Virus record (IMG/VR): IMGVR_UViG_3300032318_001724
Coordinates: 1-33,965 of that record
Reading direction: 5' to 3' (one strand)
Source of the DNA: a virus
Lineage: Duplodnaviria; Caudoviricetes
Length of the DNA: 33,965 nt
Positions 25,371 through 33,965 of this stretch are shown here, piece by piece. The stretch's first letter is position 1, and each line of letters opens with the position of its first letter. The translations under genes were made by a program, and so were the position numbers. Below the pieces are notes generated by a model. It was given only the letters and a program-made list of their open reading frames with translations, did no database searches and had not been told where the DNA came from.

Positions 25371-25407
25371 GTCTGCTACAATCAGCAAATGAAGGAGAAT
25401 TGACAGT

Positions 25408-25812
25408 ATGGCACTTTATGGGCGTGATGCCAATGGAAATGACGCCTATATTGAGGCGGCAGGTTCTGGCACGTTAGCCGCTCCCTACGCCACTGTCCAT
25501 GATCTGCAGGCTTATGGCCTGTCCAGCGCCCAGATTGACGCTAGTGGCAACTCGGACGTTGTAGCGGCCGTTAGTGGTTATCGAGTGAGGGTGTTGAGCC
25601 TGGCGCTGTCTGCATCGGCGGCTTGTAGTTTGCGCTTTCAAACTGGCGGCAGTGGCAACATTACGCCCCGGCTTCGCATTCCCTCTGGAAATACCATTAC
25701 CGTCTCCAGTGATCTTGGCCTGTTTGACACTGTTCGCGGAGATAAGCTTAACGTGATCCTGAGTGGTGTCGCTGAATATGGCGTGCTCTGCACCTATCGC
25801 CTGATTTCCTAA
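25408..25812 (+). CDS. Hypothetical virion structural protein
   Basis: AAGGAG upstream; 134 aa, S/G/A-rich, predicted beta. Confidence 0.7.
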   Translation: MALYGRDANGNDAYIEAAGSGTLAAPYATVHDLQAYGLSSAQIDASGNSDVVAAVSGYRVRVLSLALSASAACSLRFQTGGSGNITPRLRIPSGNTITVSSDLGLFDTVRGDKLNVILSGVAEYGVLCTYRLIS

Positions 25813-26516
25813 TGGCAACTTTCCTGCCACTACGAGACATTCCAGAGATTGACATTACGCTGTTCCAGCGTGATTACTTTGATGGCATTGGCTTTATCCT
25901 GCAGGACGATGATGGACTGCCTGTTGATCTGACCAATGTAACCATTTGCGCGTCAATTTATCAGACCACTGCCTCTGGCACTTCCTCCATTGTTACTTCT
26001 TTCAATGTGCAAAAGGAAGAGCCATTCACCAATGGCGCCCTGAACCTGTGGCTGTCATCGGCTCAAACTCAGGCAGTATGGGCAGCCTATGAAGGCTATG
26101 CGACGGCAGACTACCACTTGTTTGTGCCATCGGCCTATGCCAATGAAGATAGCACGCTGGATCAAACCAATCTAACTTGGGACCTGAGACTGGAAAAGCC
26201 CGAGAAAGTCACTGACTTGCTTAGCGTTACAAGTGGAGTGTTCTCCTGCCAATCTACTGCCCGCATTGGCTCCACTGATCGCCTTGTCTTTAGCGGCACT
26301 ACTGTTTCCGGTCTGAACTATAACTTTTCTACCAGTACTCCTTTGTACTCTGGCGCCACTGCAGTTAGTCAAACCTCCCCGTATCGCCTGACCATTCCAT
26401 CGCTTTCTGGGACTACCAATGGTTCTCTTGGTGGTTCATTGTATAAGCTCAAACAAGACACGGTTATAGTGGGAAAAGTAGTGGTCGCGCAGACCGTTTC
26501 AAACTGTTTCGTCTAA
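25812..26516 (+). CDS. Hypothetical virion protein with an adaptor-like N-terminus
   Basis: ITLFQ.D....F.LQD.DG.PVDLT...G.L.L.LS.AQT recalls BppU-like N-terminal domains. TAATG coupling. Confidence 0.6.
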   Translation: MATFLPLRDIPEIDITLFQRDYFDGIGFILQDDDGLPVDLTNVTICASIYQTTASGTSSIVTSFNVQKEEPFTNGALNLWLSSAQTQAVWAAYEGYATADYHLFVPSAYANEDSTLDQTNLTWDLRLEKPEKVTDLLSVTSGVFSCQSTARIGSTDRLVFSGTTVSGLNYNFSTSTPLYSGATAVSQTSPYRLTIPSLSGTTNGSLGGSLYKLKQDTVIVGKVVVAQTVSNCFV

Positions 26517-26519
26517 ACC

Positions 26520-28244
26520 ATGGCTGATCTTAAGGAAGGAATTAGCGTTGTCACTGTAGGCCGTACAACGCCAATTCCGCCTGGCCCGCAACCTGCGGCT
26601 AAAAGCCTGCCCGTGGTTCTTGCCACTGACACTGAAGCAGTGCCGGTGCGAGTGGAGAATCAGCAAATCACTGAAGTTTCGCTGAGTTTGCTTGGCATTC
26701 CCCGGGCGGAAGTGGCCCTTGGTATTTTTGCTGATGTTACCACTTACGACATTAACCGAAACGAATGGCAAAGTAGCGGGAGGCTTGGCACTTCCGTTGC
26801 GTCTGGCACTACCACGCACGTCGCTGCCGAAAGCGCAGCAAAAGTTGCTTGCTCTACCACCAACAGCAATCAGATTCTTAGCAGCAAACGATTCTTCCGC
26901 TACCAGCCTGGGCGTGTGAGTAGCGCCACATTTGGCGTGAGGATGACTGTCAGCACTGACTCCACCGACATGAAGAAATGGGGAGCCTTTGACGGCAATG
27001 ATGGCTACTACCTTGAAGTGCAAGGTGGTTCACAAACAGGCGATGACAAAGACTTCAATGTTCATGCCGTAAGGCGAACCAGTGCTTTTGCTGCCTATTC
27101 CTCCTTCGCTCCTAATTCGGCCCTTGGAGACATTGGCACCATCGGCTCTGACATTGTTATCAAGCGCGATGGCTTGTATTACGTTCATGCTGGCATGTAT
27201 GACAAAAGTCTTAGAGCTGGCGCTGGCGTGACGATTGGAGGCACTTCCGCTCAGGCTTTCATTGTTCCCACAACCTACCAATACACCTATGAATATCGCG
27301 TGCCGCGCAAATACTTCTCTTCAGACCGGCTTGACGGCCTCACGCGCACGCAATACTATGCCGATCAAGTTCCTGGTAAATCCTCGTTCAGCGTAAGCAT
27401 TGGCGGCACTGCCGATGCTCCTGTTGCCACTTACACCAATGGCGATGTAGTTGAAGATGCCGATGGCAATGTAGTGTCGGATACTTCCCTGTGGGATTTA
27501 GATTTCTCGCGGGTGACAATGTATAAGATTGAATACTCTTGGTATGGTGCAGTTGGCGCTAAGTTCTTAGCTTACGTTCCGGATCAGGATGATCCTTCTC
27601 AGGCGCGATGGGTGGCAGTGCATCACCTTCGCGTGAGCAATCAGCTCACCACACCTAGTCTTGGCAACCCAACCTTGCCGATTAGCTATTACGTTCAGAA
27701 GGCTTCCAGTGCCAATGAAGTGGCCTTGTATAAGTATGGTGCCAGTTACTACATTGATGGTGGAGACAAAGGCACAATCGTTGCTCGCTCCATTGCCAAT
27801 GCCTCTGATCGTTCTATCACTATTTCGGGCCAAGCATTGCTTGCGCTGCAAGTGAAGAGCACAATCAATAGCATTCGCAATCGGATGCAAGTGTATCCCA
27901 CTCGGCTTAGCGTGGGAGTCGATGGTAGGGCAGTAGTTTCGCTTGTCAAGAACCCCACAACAGTTTCTGGCACTCCTACTTTTACAAGCGCCGACACGCT
28001 TAGCCCTATCAACGTTTTCAACACCACTGGCGTAACGACTGTTAGTGGCGGAACAACAGTGGCTACTTTTTATGCTGGTGCTGGCGGCAATGAATACGAT
28101 CTTTCGCCATACTTTGCCTACAATAAGGACTACCTTTCTTACCCTCTTGCTGCAACCTCTGGCGATACGCTCTACGTTTATGTTCGTGGGGCTGCCGCCA
28201 CGATTAGTGGTAGTGCAGCAATTACTTGGGAAGAGCAAATCTAA
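26520..28244 (+). CDS. Virion structural protein, paralog A
   Basis: 574 aa. EVSLSLLGIPRAE.AL, SKRFFRYQPGR, VTMYKIEYSWYGAVGA and YGASYYIDGGD recall cyanophage structural proteins. Confidence 0.75.
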   Translation: MADLKEGISVVTVGRTTPIPPGPQPAAKSLPVVLATDTEAVPVRVENQQITEVSLSLLGIPRAEVALGIFADVTTYDINRNEWQSSGRLGTSVASGTTTHVAAESAAKVACSTTNSNQILSSKRFFRYQPGRVSSATFGVRMTVSTDSTDMKKWGAFDGNDGYYLEVQGGSQTGDDKDFNVHAVRRTSAFAAYSSFAPNSALGDIGTIGSDIVIKRDGLYYVHAGMYDKSLRAGAGVTIGGTSAQAFIVPTTYQYTYEYRVPRKYFSSDRLDGLTRTQYYADQVPGKSSFSVSIGGTADAPVATYTNGDVVEDADGNVVSDTSLWDLDFSRVTMYKIEYSWYGAVGAKFLAYVPDQDDPSQARWVAVHHLRVSNQLTTPSLGNPTLPISYYVQKASSANEVALYKYGASYYIDGGDKGTIVARSIANASDRSITISGQALLALQVKSTINSIRNRMQVYPTRLSVGVDGRAVVSLVKNPTTVSGTPTFTSADTLSPINVFNTTGVTTVSGGTTVATFYAGAGGNEYDLSPYFAYNKDYLSYPLAATSGDTLYVYVRGAAATISGSAAITWEEQI

Positions 28245-28250
28245 AGGGAG

Positions 28251-30740
28251 TTGACGGTGAGTTTTGAAACGTCAGGCTACTATCAAATCCCAGAAGATCA
28301 GCAAGCGGCAGGCTATACGCTTGTCGATGGAGAACTCGTTGACTATTTAACTGGTGACACTCTCATTGATCCTGCCGATGGGCTGCCGCTAACTTCTGAT
28401 ATTCAGGATACTGTTGTCACTGCGTCTGGCGCTTTCCCTATTGCCCTCATGAATGGCGGGAGTATTCCCGTGGAAGTACAAAACAGGAATGTCAGTGAAG
28501 TTGAATATAGTTTGCTTGGTGTCCCTCGTTCAGAGACAGCACTAAGCTTACTTGGATCTGTTAACACCTATGGCTTTGACCCATCGCTATGGGCTGTCAA
28601 ACCTGGCGGTTTCGCGCTCTATCAATACTTCCGCGATCCATTCGCTTGGAACTTCCAAGTGGGAAGTGACGGCACTCAGTATGGCTGGTTCACTCGCCAT
28701 CTCCCTAAGGAAGCAGCATTACAAGTTTATGTGCTACCTCCAGCCAAAAGTTTCACTTACAACGAGGACGATGGCACGGGCCGGTATCCAGGGGGATACA
28801 CTGATGGCATTATTGACCACTACATTGAAAGCAAAAAGGCTTTTCGTTATCAGCCTGGCCGCATTACTGGCTTCACCATGGGCGTTCGCATGTCCACTGG
28901 TAGCGACTGGGACGGCGAATCAGTGTCGTGGGGCTGCAGGAATGACTATGGTGATGGATACTATTTTCAACTAGACAAGGGCACCGATCTTTTCATTGTT
29001 CGCACATCGCCCAATCTGCCAACTCTCAAGATTCCGCGTAGCGAATGGAATGGTGATCCCATTGCCTTAGACGCTGGCACGACTAACTGGAGCCTAGATG
29101 TGTCTAAGGTGACAATGTTCAAGATTGAATTGGGCTGGTATGGAGCGATTGGTGCCACGTTTTTTGCTTATGTGCCTATCGGTAATGATGATGCACGATG
29201 GGTGAAGTTGCATTCTATTCGTGCTGAAAGCATCAATCTTGTCCCAAGCCTGCAAAGTCCTTTTCTGAGGACTTTTATTCGCGCCATCCAAACGGCAGGA
29301 GCTTCTACGCCAGCCTTTATCAATCTTTACGGCAGTAGCGTCTACATTGATGGTGGTGATGAGGGGACTCTGCAATGTGGCAGTGCCACTTCTTCAGGCG
29401 CAACAATTACTAACCAGCCTCAAGCGTTCATTGGCTTGCAATGCGCCAACAAGATCAATGACGTGACGAATCAAAAGGCAATTTTTCCTACAACGCTTAG
29501 CGCAACTGTAAACGTTGACGCCAAAATTGATCTTGTAATTCGCAATCCCGGCATTGGCCGCAGTGAAAGTTATGGCTATGGTTACGGCACCACTTTGTCT
29601 CGCGGGGCTGCAAGTTCCATTGCAGTGGTAAGGACAAGTCCCACCACTATTTCTGGTGCTTTTCCAAGCAATAGTCTATTCACTTCTGCCTTAACGCACA
29701 ACTATTTCTACTCTGGCTATCCGGTTAAGATTTCTGGCGTTGGCGTCAATTCCACTTTTGCCACTGCATATTCCACTTCCTCTATTACCACCAATCGCAA
29801 TTTACCATCGTCTCTGTCTTCCATTAGCATCGCAGCGTTTGATGCCCATGCTGTTGGCAGTGGCGTAACCATTGTCAGTGGCGATGGTGTGGCGTATGGT
29901 GCAGCCAGGCAATACACTGGCAAGTTGTTCTTTGATCGTCCCACTGAAAATGCTGGGGGCAACTATTGGCGACTTGGACTTTTTCTGAATGCAAGTGGCA
30001 CTTACCAGCCAAACAGTTCAACGGTATTCTGGCTCGCTACTTCATCGCCTGGCATTGAATACAATCTTTCCCAGGCTGAGATTGGGGAGGTATCGTTGCC
30101 TCCTGAGACTTACAAGCAGGTGGGTTTTTCCATTTACGAAGATGCCGGCTTGGCAACAATTAGCGCCTTTCTGTTTAGGCCGACTGTTGCAGCGCCTCAA
30201 TCAATTACTATCACTGGTTCACCGTTTCCTATTGCGGTGGTAGCAGAATTGTATCCCGGCGCAAGCATTTCAGACGTGGTATTATCTATGGCTCCAATGC
30301 CGTCTGGATTGTTGAATCTTGATGGCCCCGGCTTTAGTGATGCCTTTGATTCTGCGGCAATCGTACCGGGATCGGGACGTACCACCGCCATTGCAACTTG
30401 GCTTACCAGCGGCAATATCACGCAATCGACTGTTGGTGGTTCTGGCTATGTGGCAAACAAGTTTGAGGCCGTGCAGTCATTGCCCAACACTGGAGCACTA
30501 ATTGACACGCAAGGAAGGCGCACAATCATTCCGCCATCGCTTACTACGGCCTCTTTCTTTATTGCCAGTGGTGAAACACTGTCCGTGCCATTGTCTCCTT
30601 ATTTTGGTCCAGACAAGTTAGTGCTTGCTGGTGGCGCTGGTTCACAGTATTCTACTGGTGCAGTGTTTGTCGTAGGATCAACAAGGCAGGCCAATGTGTC
30701 GGGCACAATTCTTGCCTCTTTAACTTGGAGTGAGCAATGA
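28251..30740 (+). CDS. Virion structural protein, paralog B
   Basis: 829 aa, TTG start behind AAGGGAG. Shares EVEYSLLGVPRSE.AL, SKKAFRYQPGR, VTMFKIELGWYGAIGA, YGSSVYIDGGD and terminal LTW.EQ with the preceding gene. Confidence 0.75.
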   Translation: MTVSFETSGYYQIPEDQQAAGYTLVDGELVDYLTGDTLIDPADGLPLTSDIQDTVVTASGAFPIALMNGGSIPVEVQNRNVSEVEYSLLGVPRSETALSLLGSVNTYGFDPSLWAVKPGGFALYQYFRDPFAWNFQVGSDGTQYGWFTRHLPKEAALQVYVLPPAKSFTYNEDDGTGRYPGGYTDGIIDHYIESKKAFRYQPGRITGFTMGVRMSTGSDWDGESVSWGCRNDYGDGYYFQLDKGTDLFIVRTSPNLPTLKIPRSEWNGDPIALDAGTTNWSLDVSKVTMFKIELGWYGAIGATFFAYVPIGNDDARWVKLHSIRAESINLVPSLQSPFLRTFIRAIQTAGASTPAFINLYGSSVYIDGGDEGTLQCGSATSSGATITNQPQAFIGLQCANKINDVTNQKAIFPTTLSATVNVDAKIDLVIRNPGIGRSESYGYGYGTTLSRGAASSIAVVRTSPTTISGAFPSNSLFTSALTHNYFYSGYPVKISGVGVNSTFATAYSTSSITTNRNLPSSLSSISIAAFDAHAVGSGVTIVSGDGVAYGAARQYTGKLFFDRPTENAGGNYWRLGLFLNASGTYQPNSSTVFWLATSSPGIEYNLSQAEIGEVSLPPETYKQVGFSIYEDAGLATISAFLFRPTVAAPQSITITGSPFPIAVVAELYPGASISDVVLSMAPMPSGLLNLDGPGFSDAFDSAAIVPGSGRTTAIATWLTSGNITQSTVGGSGYVANKFEAVQSLPNTGALIDTQGRRTIIPPSLTTASFFIASGETLSVPLSPYFGPDKLVLAGGAGSQYSTGAVFVVGSTRQANVSGTILASLTWSEQ

Positions 30741-31948
30741 GCTATCAAGGGCTGGTTCGTAGCAATAATCTTTCTGACATTGGGAGTGCGTCTCAAGCCT
30801 GGGACAACCTTGGCTCTAATTTGTCCTATGACTACGGTGCTATTCGTGGCAACTTTGTTGACAATTCTGCCGTTATTAGTCAAGCCGACAAGAGTAATGT
30901 CGTTATCACGCAAGATTCTGGCATCACGTTAAGCTATGGTTCGCAATATGTCTACAAGATTACTGAAGCCTCAGGGGCTCCAACTCCTTATTCTTTTGGA
31001 TGGCTTGTTGCTGCCAATACAAGCATTAGCTACACGGACATTAGCCGCAGACTGAATGTTGGCAATGGCCCAATCGTAGGGTCAATTCTACTAAAAGCTG
31101 GCGTTAACTCTCATTATTCTGTTGCCATGGCACTGCGTCCTGCCTATGGCGGTAATTTCTTCAAGCAGACCAATTTCCCTGCCATTGGAGTTAATTTGCG
31201 TACTGGACAGTTCCAGGATGCGTTTGGCAATAAACAGCCCTATGAGCTAATGGGAGTGCAAGAAGAGGATGATGGGTGGTGGAGAGTGACGATGAGTAGT
31301 ATCTGCCAACAAGCGTATAGCGCAGCATCCATTCAACTGTTTTTCCTAAGGAATGGCACCCTGAATGTTGTTGATAATGCCACTTCCACTGATGGCAGTG
31401 AGTTCTTTTATGCAGCACTGCCGCAAATTGAGCCTGGTCATGAACCGTCGCCAATCATTATTACCTTCAACGATCAGCCTGATAACAGGCAGACCAGCGC
31501 AGTGTCGTCGGCAGATATTAGTTTCAAAGGGCAAGACATTGATGCAATTCGTGGGCTAAGCGAAGTTGGACAACAGAACATTTTGCAAGTTACCTCTTTG
31601 TTAAGTCCAGCTCAGCCAAGAATTAGCACCCTGGCAAGTTCTGGCAACAGTCTTTCTTTGGCCAACTCCGCCCGACTTCTCACTGCTTCGCCATCGTCTA
31701 CTGGCAACTATGTGCTAAGTGGGCTTGTGGCTAGTGGCTATCAAGTTGGTGGTAATAACATTGGTAGCGTTTCTGGCAGTCCTTTTTCTGGTTCCACAGC
31801 AACAGTTCCCTTGAGAGTGGAAGCTTTTATTCCTCAAGCTTGGAAGGCCAATACAACGTTTGCTTCAGGCTCCCTAACTTCTCCCACCATTGCCATTCCC
31901 ATTGAATACAATGATTTCTATGTGACGATTGTTGCGGGGCAATCATAA
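30737..31948 (+). CDS. Putative tail fibre / appendage protein
   Basis: N-terminal GLVRSNNLSD.......AWDNLG fibre-type motif; internal DGWWRV and ALPQIE.G..PSP.I.T motifs. Confidence 0.65.
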   Translation: MSYQGLVRSNNLSDIGSASQAWDNLGSNLSYDYGAIRGNFVDNSAVISQADKSNVVITQDSGITLSYGSQYVYKITEASGAPTPYSFGWLVAANTSISYTDISRRLNVGNGPIVGSILLKAGVNSHYSVAMALRPAYGGNFFKQTNFPAIGVNLRTGQFQDAFGNKQPYELMGVQEEDDGWWRVTMSSICQQAYSAASIQLFFLRNGTLNVVDNATSTDGSEFFYAALPQIEPGHEPSPIIITFNDQPDNRQTSAVSSADISFKGQDIDAIRGLSEVGQQNILQVTSLLSPAQPRISTLASSGNSLSLANSARLLTASPSSTGNYVLSGLVASGYQVGGNNIGSVSGSPFSGSTATVPLRVEAFIPQAWKANTTFASGSLTSPTIAIPIEYNDFYVTIVAGQS

Positions 31949-33282
31949 TGGCACTAATCTATGGCCTCAGGCGCAGTTCCAATCTTGCAGACGCCGCAAA
32001 TAATGAGAAGTGCGTACAAAACCTTGGCCTCACCATTGCTGACTTCCTGACTATTGCAGGAACGGCGGCAACTGGCGTGAAGGCCAGTGACTTCCTGGCC
32101 TTGAAGGGCCTCCGCAGCCCCCTAGAGGCGCAGATTACGGGCCTTGCCGGGCAAACGGCCACAGTGGCGTCAGGCATGGCTCTGAAGGCCCTCTCGACTG
32201 GTGACGCGATCAGTGGCATTATCACTGTCAATGGCATTGTCAGTTCCGATAGGGCCTTCATTCGTACCATTGGTAGTCCTGCCATTTATTCGGCGGCTTC
32301 TGGCTCATTCTTTTCGCCCATCAGTGGCTCCTCATTTTCTGGTGGCGCATCGTATCGTTCTGGCCCCACAAGAATTAGTGGTCTAACGCTTCCCAGTGGC
32401 GCCGGTAATTACACCGGCTTCACCTTCCCCTTCCAGAGTCACTACGAAAACTACAAAATCTATCAACGCATTGACAATAATGCTGACGCTCCTTATGCAA
32501 TCAGAACGAAACTACCGCCGCCAACGGTGTTCAGTGGCTGTGGGCTATGGCTAGATGCCGAGAAAAGCACCACAACCATTGTCGGTGCAAATAGAGTGAG
32601 TCAATGGCAGTCAGTCATTGATGGTGGCTACAACGCAGTTCAAACTGTTAGTGGCAGTTCTCCTTTCTTTCTAGTTTCCGGCATTGTTGATAGTGGCGTG
32701 GTTAAACCAGCACTTGCCTTCTCTGGCTCCAGTGAGTTCATGAATCTTGGGCCAGTCGCCAATGTTTTTGCCAGTGGTGCTACGCTTGTCATCATGGCTC
32801 AAATTGAAAATGGCGACTATTGCCTGGTGAGCAATAGCACAAGCAATCAAGGGCGATGGCGAACGACAAGCGGAAATGGTTCTTGGCCATTGTTCTGCTC
32901 CAGCCTCATTCCAAGATTTCCTGCCGCCATGCCTGCCAATGGAACAGTGGTGTTCAGTATTAGGGCCTCACAAGCATTTGGCCTGGAAGTCAGGAGCAAT
33001 GGCAATCAAATTGGTTATATTGCTCCATCGGGATTTGTCTATCAAGGCTCAGGTCAGTATTTACTGGGCACTGCAGCAAGTGCTGGGGGGCGATTTGCCG
33101 GCAAAATTATGGGCCTCATTGGTTACAGCCAGCCATTAGCCAATCGAGAATTGCGGACAGTGGAAGAGTATATGATGTGGCGCTATAATTCGGTTTATGA
33201 CCCTGACAAGGCTCAAGTGATGCAACTGGAAGATGGCACCACTTTAGAGCTTGAAAACAATCTGCCTGTAGAACTGGGATGA
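31948..33282 (+). CDS. Putative fibre protein with a C-terminal LamG/concanavalin-like domain
   Basis: N-terminal GLRRSSNLAD...NLG. C-terminal LWLDA...VSQW...F.G.I..LI.Y...L...E...VE.Y..WRY is a LamG-like pattern. Confidence 0.7.
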   Translation: MALIYGLRRSSNLADAANNEKCVQNLGLTIADFLTIAGTAATGVKASDFLALKGLRSPLEAQITGLAGQTATVASGMALKALSTGDAISGIITVNGIVSSDRAFIRTIGSPAIYSAASGSFFSPISGSSFSGGASYRSGPTRISGLTLPSGAGNYTGFTFPFQSHYENYKIYQRIDNNADAPYAIRTKLPPPTVFSGCGLWLDAEKSTTTIVGANRVSQWQSVIDGGYNAVQTVSGSSPFFLVSGIVDSGVVKPALAFSGSSEFMNLGPVANVFASGATLVIMAQIENGDYCLVSNSTSNQGRWRTTSGNGSWPLFCSSLIPRFPAAMPANGTVVFSIRASQAFGLEVRSNGNQIGYIAPSGFVYQGSGQYLLGTAASAGGRFAGKIMGLIGYSQPLANRELRTVEEYMMWRYNSVYDPDKAQVMQLEDGTTLELENNLPVELG

Positions 33283-33668
33283 CAAAGCTTAGTCAACTGT
33301 CAATCATTTCAGGCTCTGCACTGGCCGATGATGACCAGTTTTTTCTGCGGGACGTTAGTGATGCCACTACTCCCAACAAGGCTCTTACGCTTAGCGGCCT
33401 GAAGCAAGCTATTGCCATTGCTTTTGTTGGCACTGATCCAGAGGATATTCCCCTCAACCAGTATCTTGGTGATCTTGCCTTTCTTGATGCCTTTCAGCCC
33501 ACTATTGTTAGCGGCCTGAATGTTGTTTCTGGCGTAGCATCTTCTGGTGTTCGGACTGCTACTTTTTCCGCCACTAATGCTCCAGGTGCCTCTAACGTGG
33601 TAGTCCGGCAATGGCTGCCAGTAGTAGTGACTGGCGTGACTCATTATTTGCCATTGTTTGCCCCATAA
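33279..33668 (+). CDS. Small structural / fibre-associated protein
   Basis: TKLSQL...LA.DD.F...DVSD start, GT.PE.IPLNQYLG.LAF.D motif and terminal HYLPLF. Confidence 0.65.
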   Translation: MTKLSQLSIISGSALADDDQFFLRDVSDATTPNKALTLSGLKQAIAIAFVGTDPEDIPLNQYLGDLAFLDAFQPTIVSGLNVVSGVASSGVRTATFSATNAPGASNVVVRQWLPVVVTGVTHYLPLFAP

Positions 33669-33965
33669 TGCCTGCCGGTTATCCCACTGTTGGGCCATAC
33701 AAGATTCTGGACTTTGCTAATAATCAAAGCATTGATTCGGACTTTGTATTTACGCGCTCTACCACGGCTAGCTTTGTCAATGCTTCTGGATTTCTGGAGG
33801 TCGCTAGTGCAAATGTTTTAAGGCCAGCGTACGATCCGGCGACAGGCGCTTACCTTGGCGCCTTAATGGAATTTGCTTCCACTAATTTACTGCCATGGAG
33901 CAATAACATTGCTCATCCATCGTGGTACTATGCGCCACAAAATGCTCCGTTGCAGTCTGGTTTTA
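33668..33965 (+). CDS. Spike/fibre-type protein, N-terminal part (runs off the window edge)
   Basis: Not in the ORF track. ATG 33668 gives MPAGYPTVGPYKILDFANNQSIDSDFVFTRSTTASFVNASGFLEVASANVLRPAYDPATGAYLGALMEFASTNLLPWS..., matching the FTR...A....G.....N..R..YD..TG...G.L.E...TNL phage spike/fibre pattern. Confidence 0.75.
   Translation, partial: MPAGYPTVGPYKILDFANNQSIDSDFVFTRSTTASFVNASGFLEVASANVLRPAYDPATGAYLGALMEFASTNLLPWSNNIAHPSWYYAPQNAPLQSGF

Noticed and set aside
1-33965. CRISPR arrays, tRNA/rRNA genes, integrase, IS elements, introns/inteins, reverse transcriptase or DGR, tail sheath, lysis genes, stop-codon reassignment
   Set aside because: None recognised by eye. Genes are tightly packed under the standard code with all three stop codons in use, leaving little room for RNA genes. 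A covariance-model scan was not possible.

Overview
This window is the virion-morphogenesis region of a tailed dsDNA phage with a long non-contractile tail (no sheath gene). The gene content suggests a cyanophage, but that is inference. At the left edge the terminase large subunit (N-terminus only) and a nuclease-like gene point away from the main + strand operon. That operon runs: DUF1073-type portal with an inserted domain, gpF-like minor head protein, a four-gene glycan-modification cassette (GT4-like and GT32-like glycosyltransferases, SAM methyltransferase, HAD hydrolase), small head-associated genes, an antisense XRE regulator, DUF2213 protease/scaffold, decoration protein, DUF2184-type major capsid, neck genes, tail tube, frameshifted tail chaperones, a 1859-aa tape measure, a rearranged lambda-like tail tip (L, K, I-J, doubled M) and several beta-rich appendage proteins. 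The main leads are: (1) a candidate virion-glycosylation system, where the enzyme cassette sits inside the head module and Ser-Gly dipeptides are dense in predicted surface proteins but absent from capsid and scaffold; (2) a second programmed -1 frameshift in the head module, using the same C-CCA-AAG heptamer as the tail chaperone; (3) recurring [RK]-x-D candidate maturation sites and a nested scaffold start. Family names come from motif recognition only; no database searches were run, and all counts are manual.
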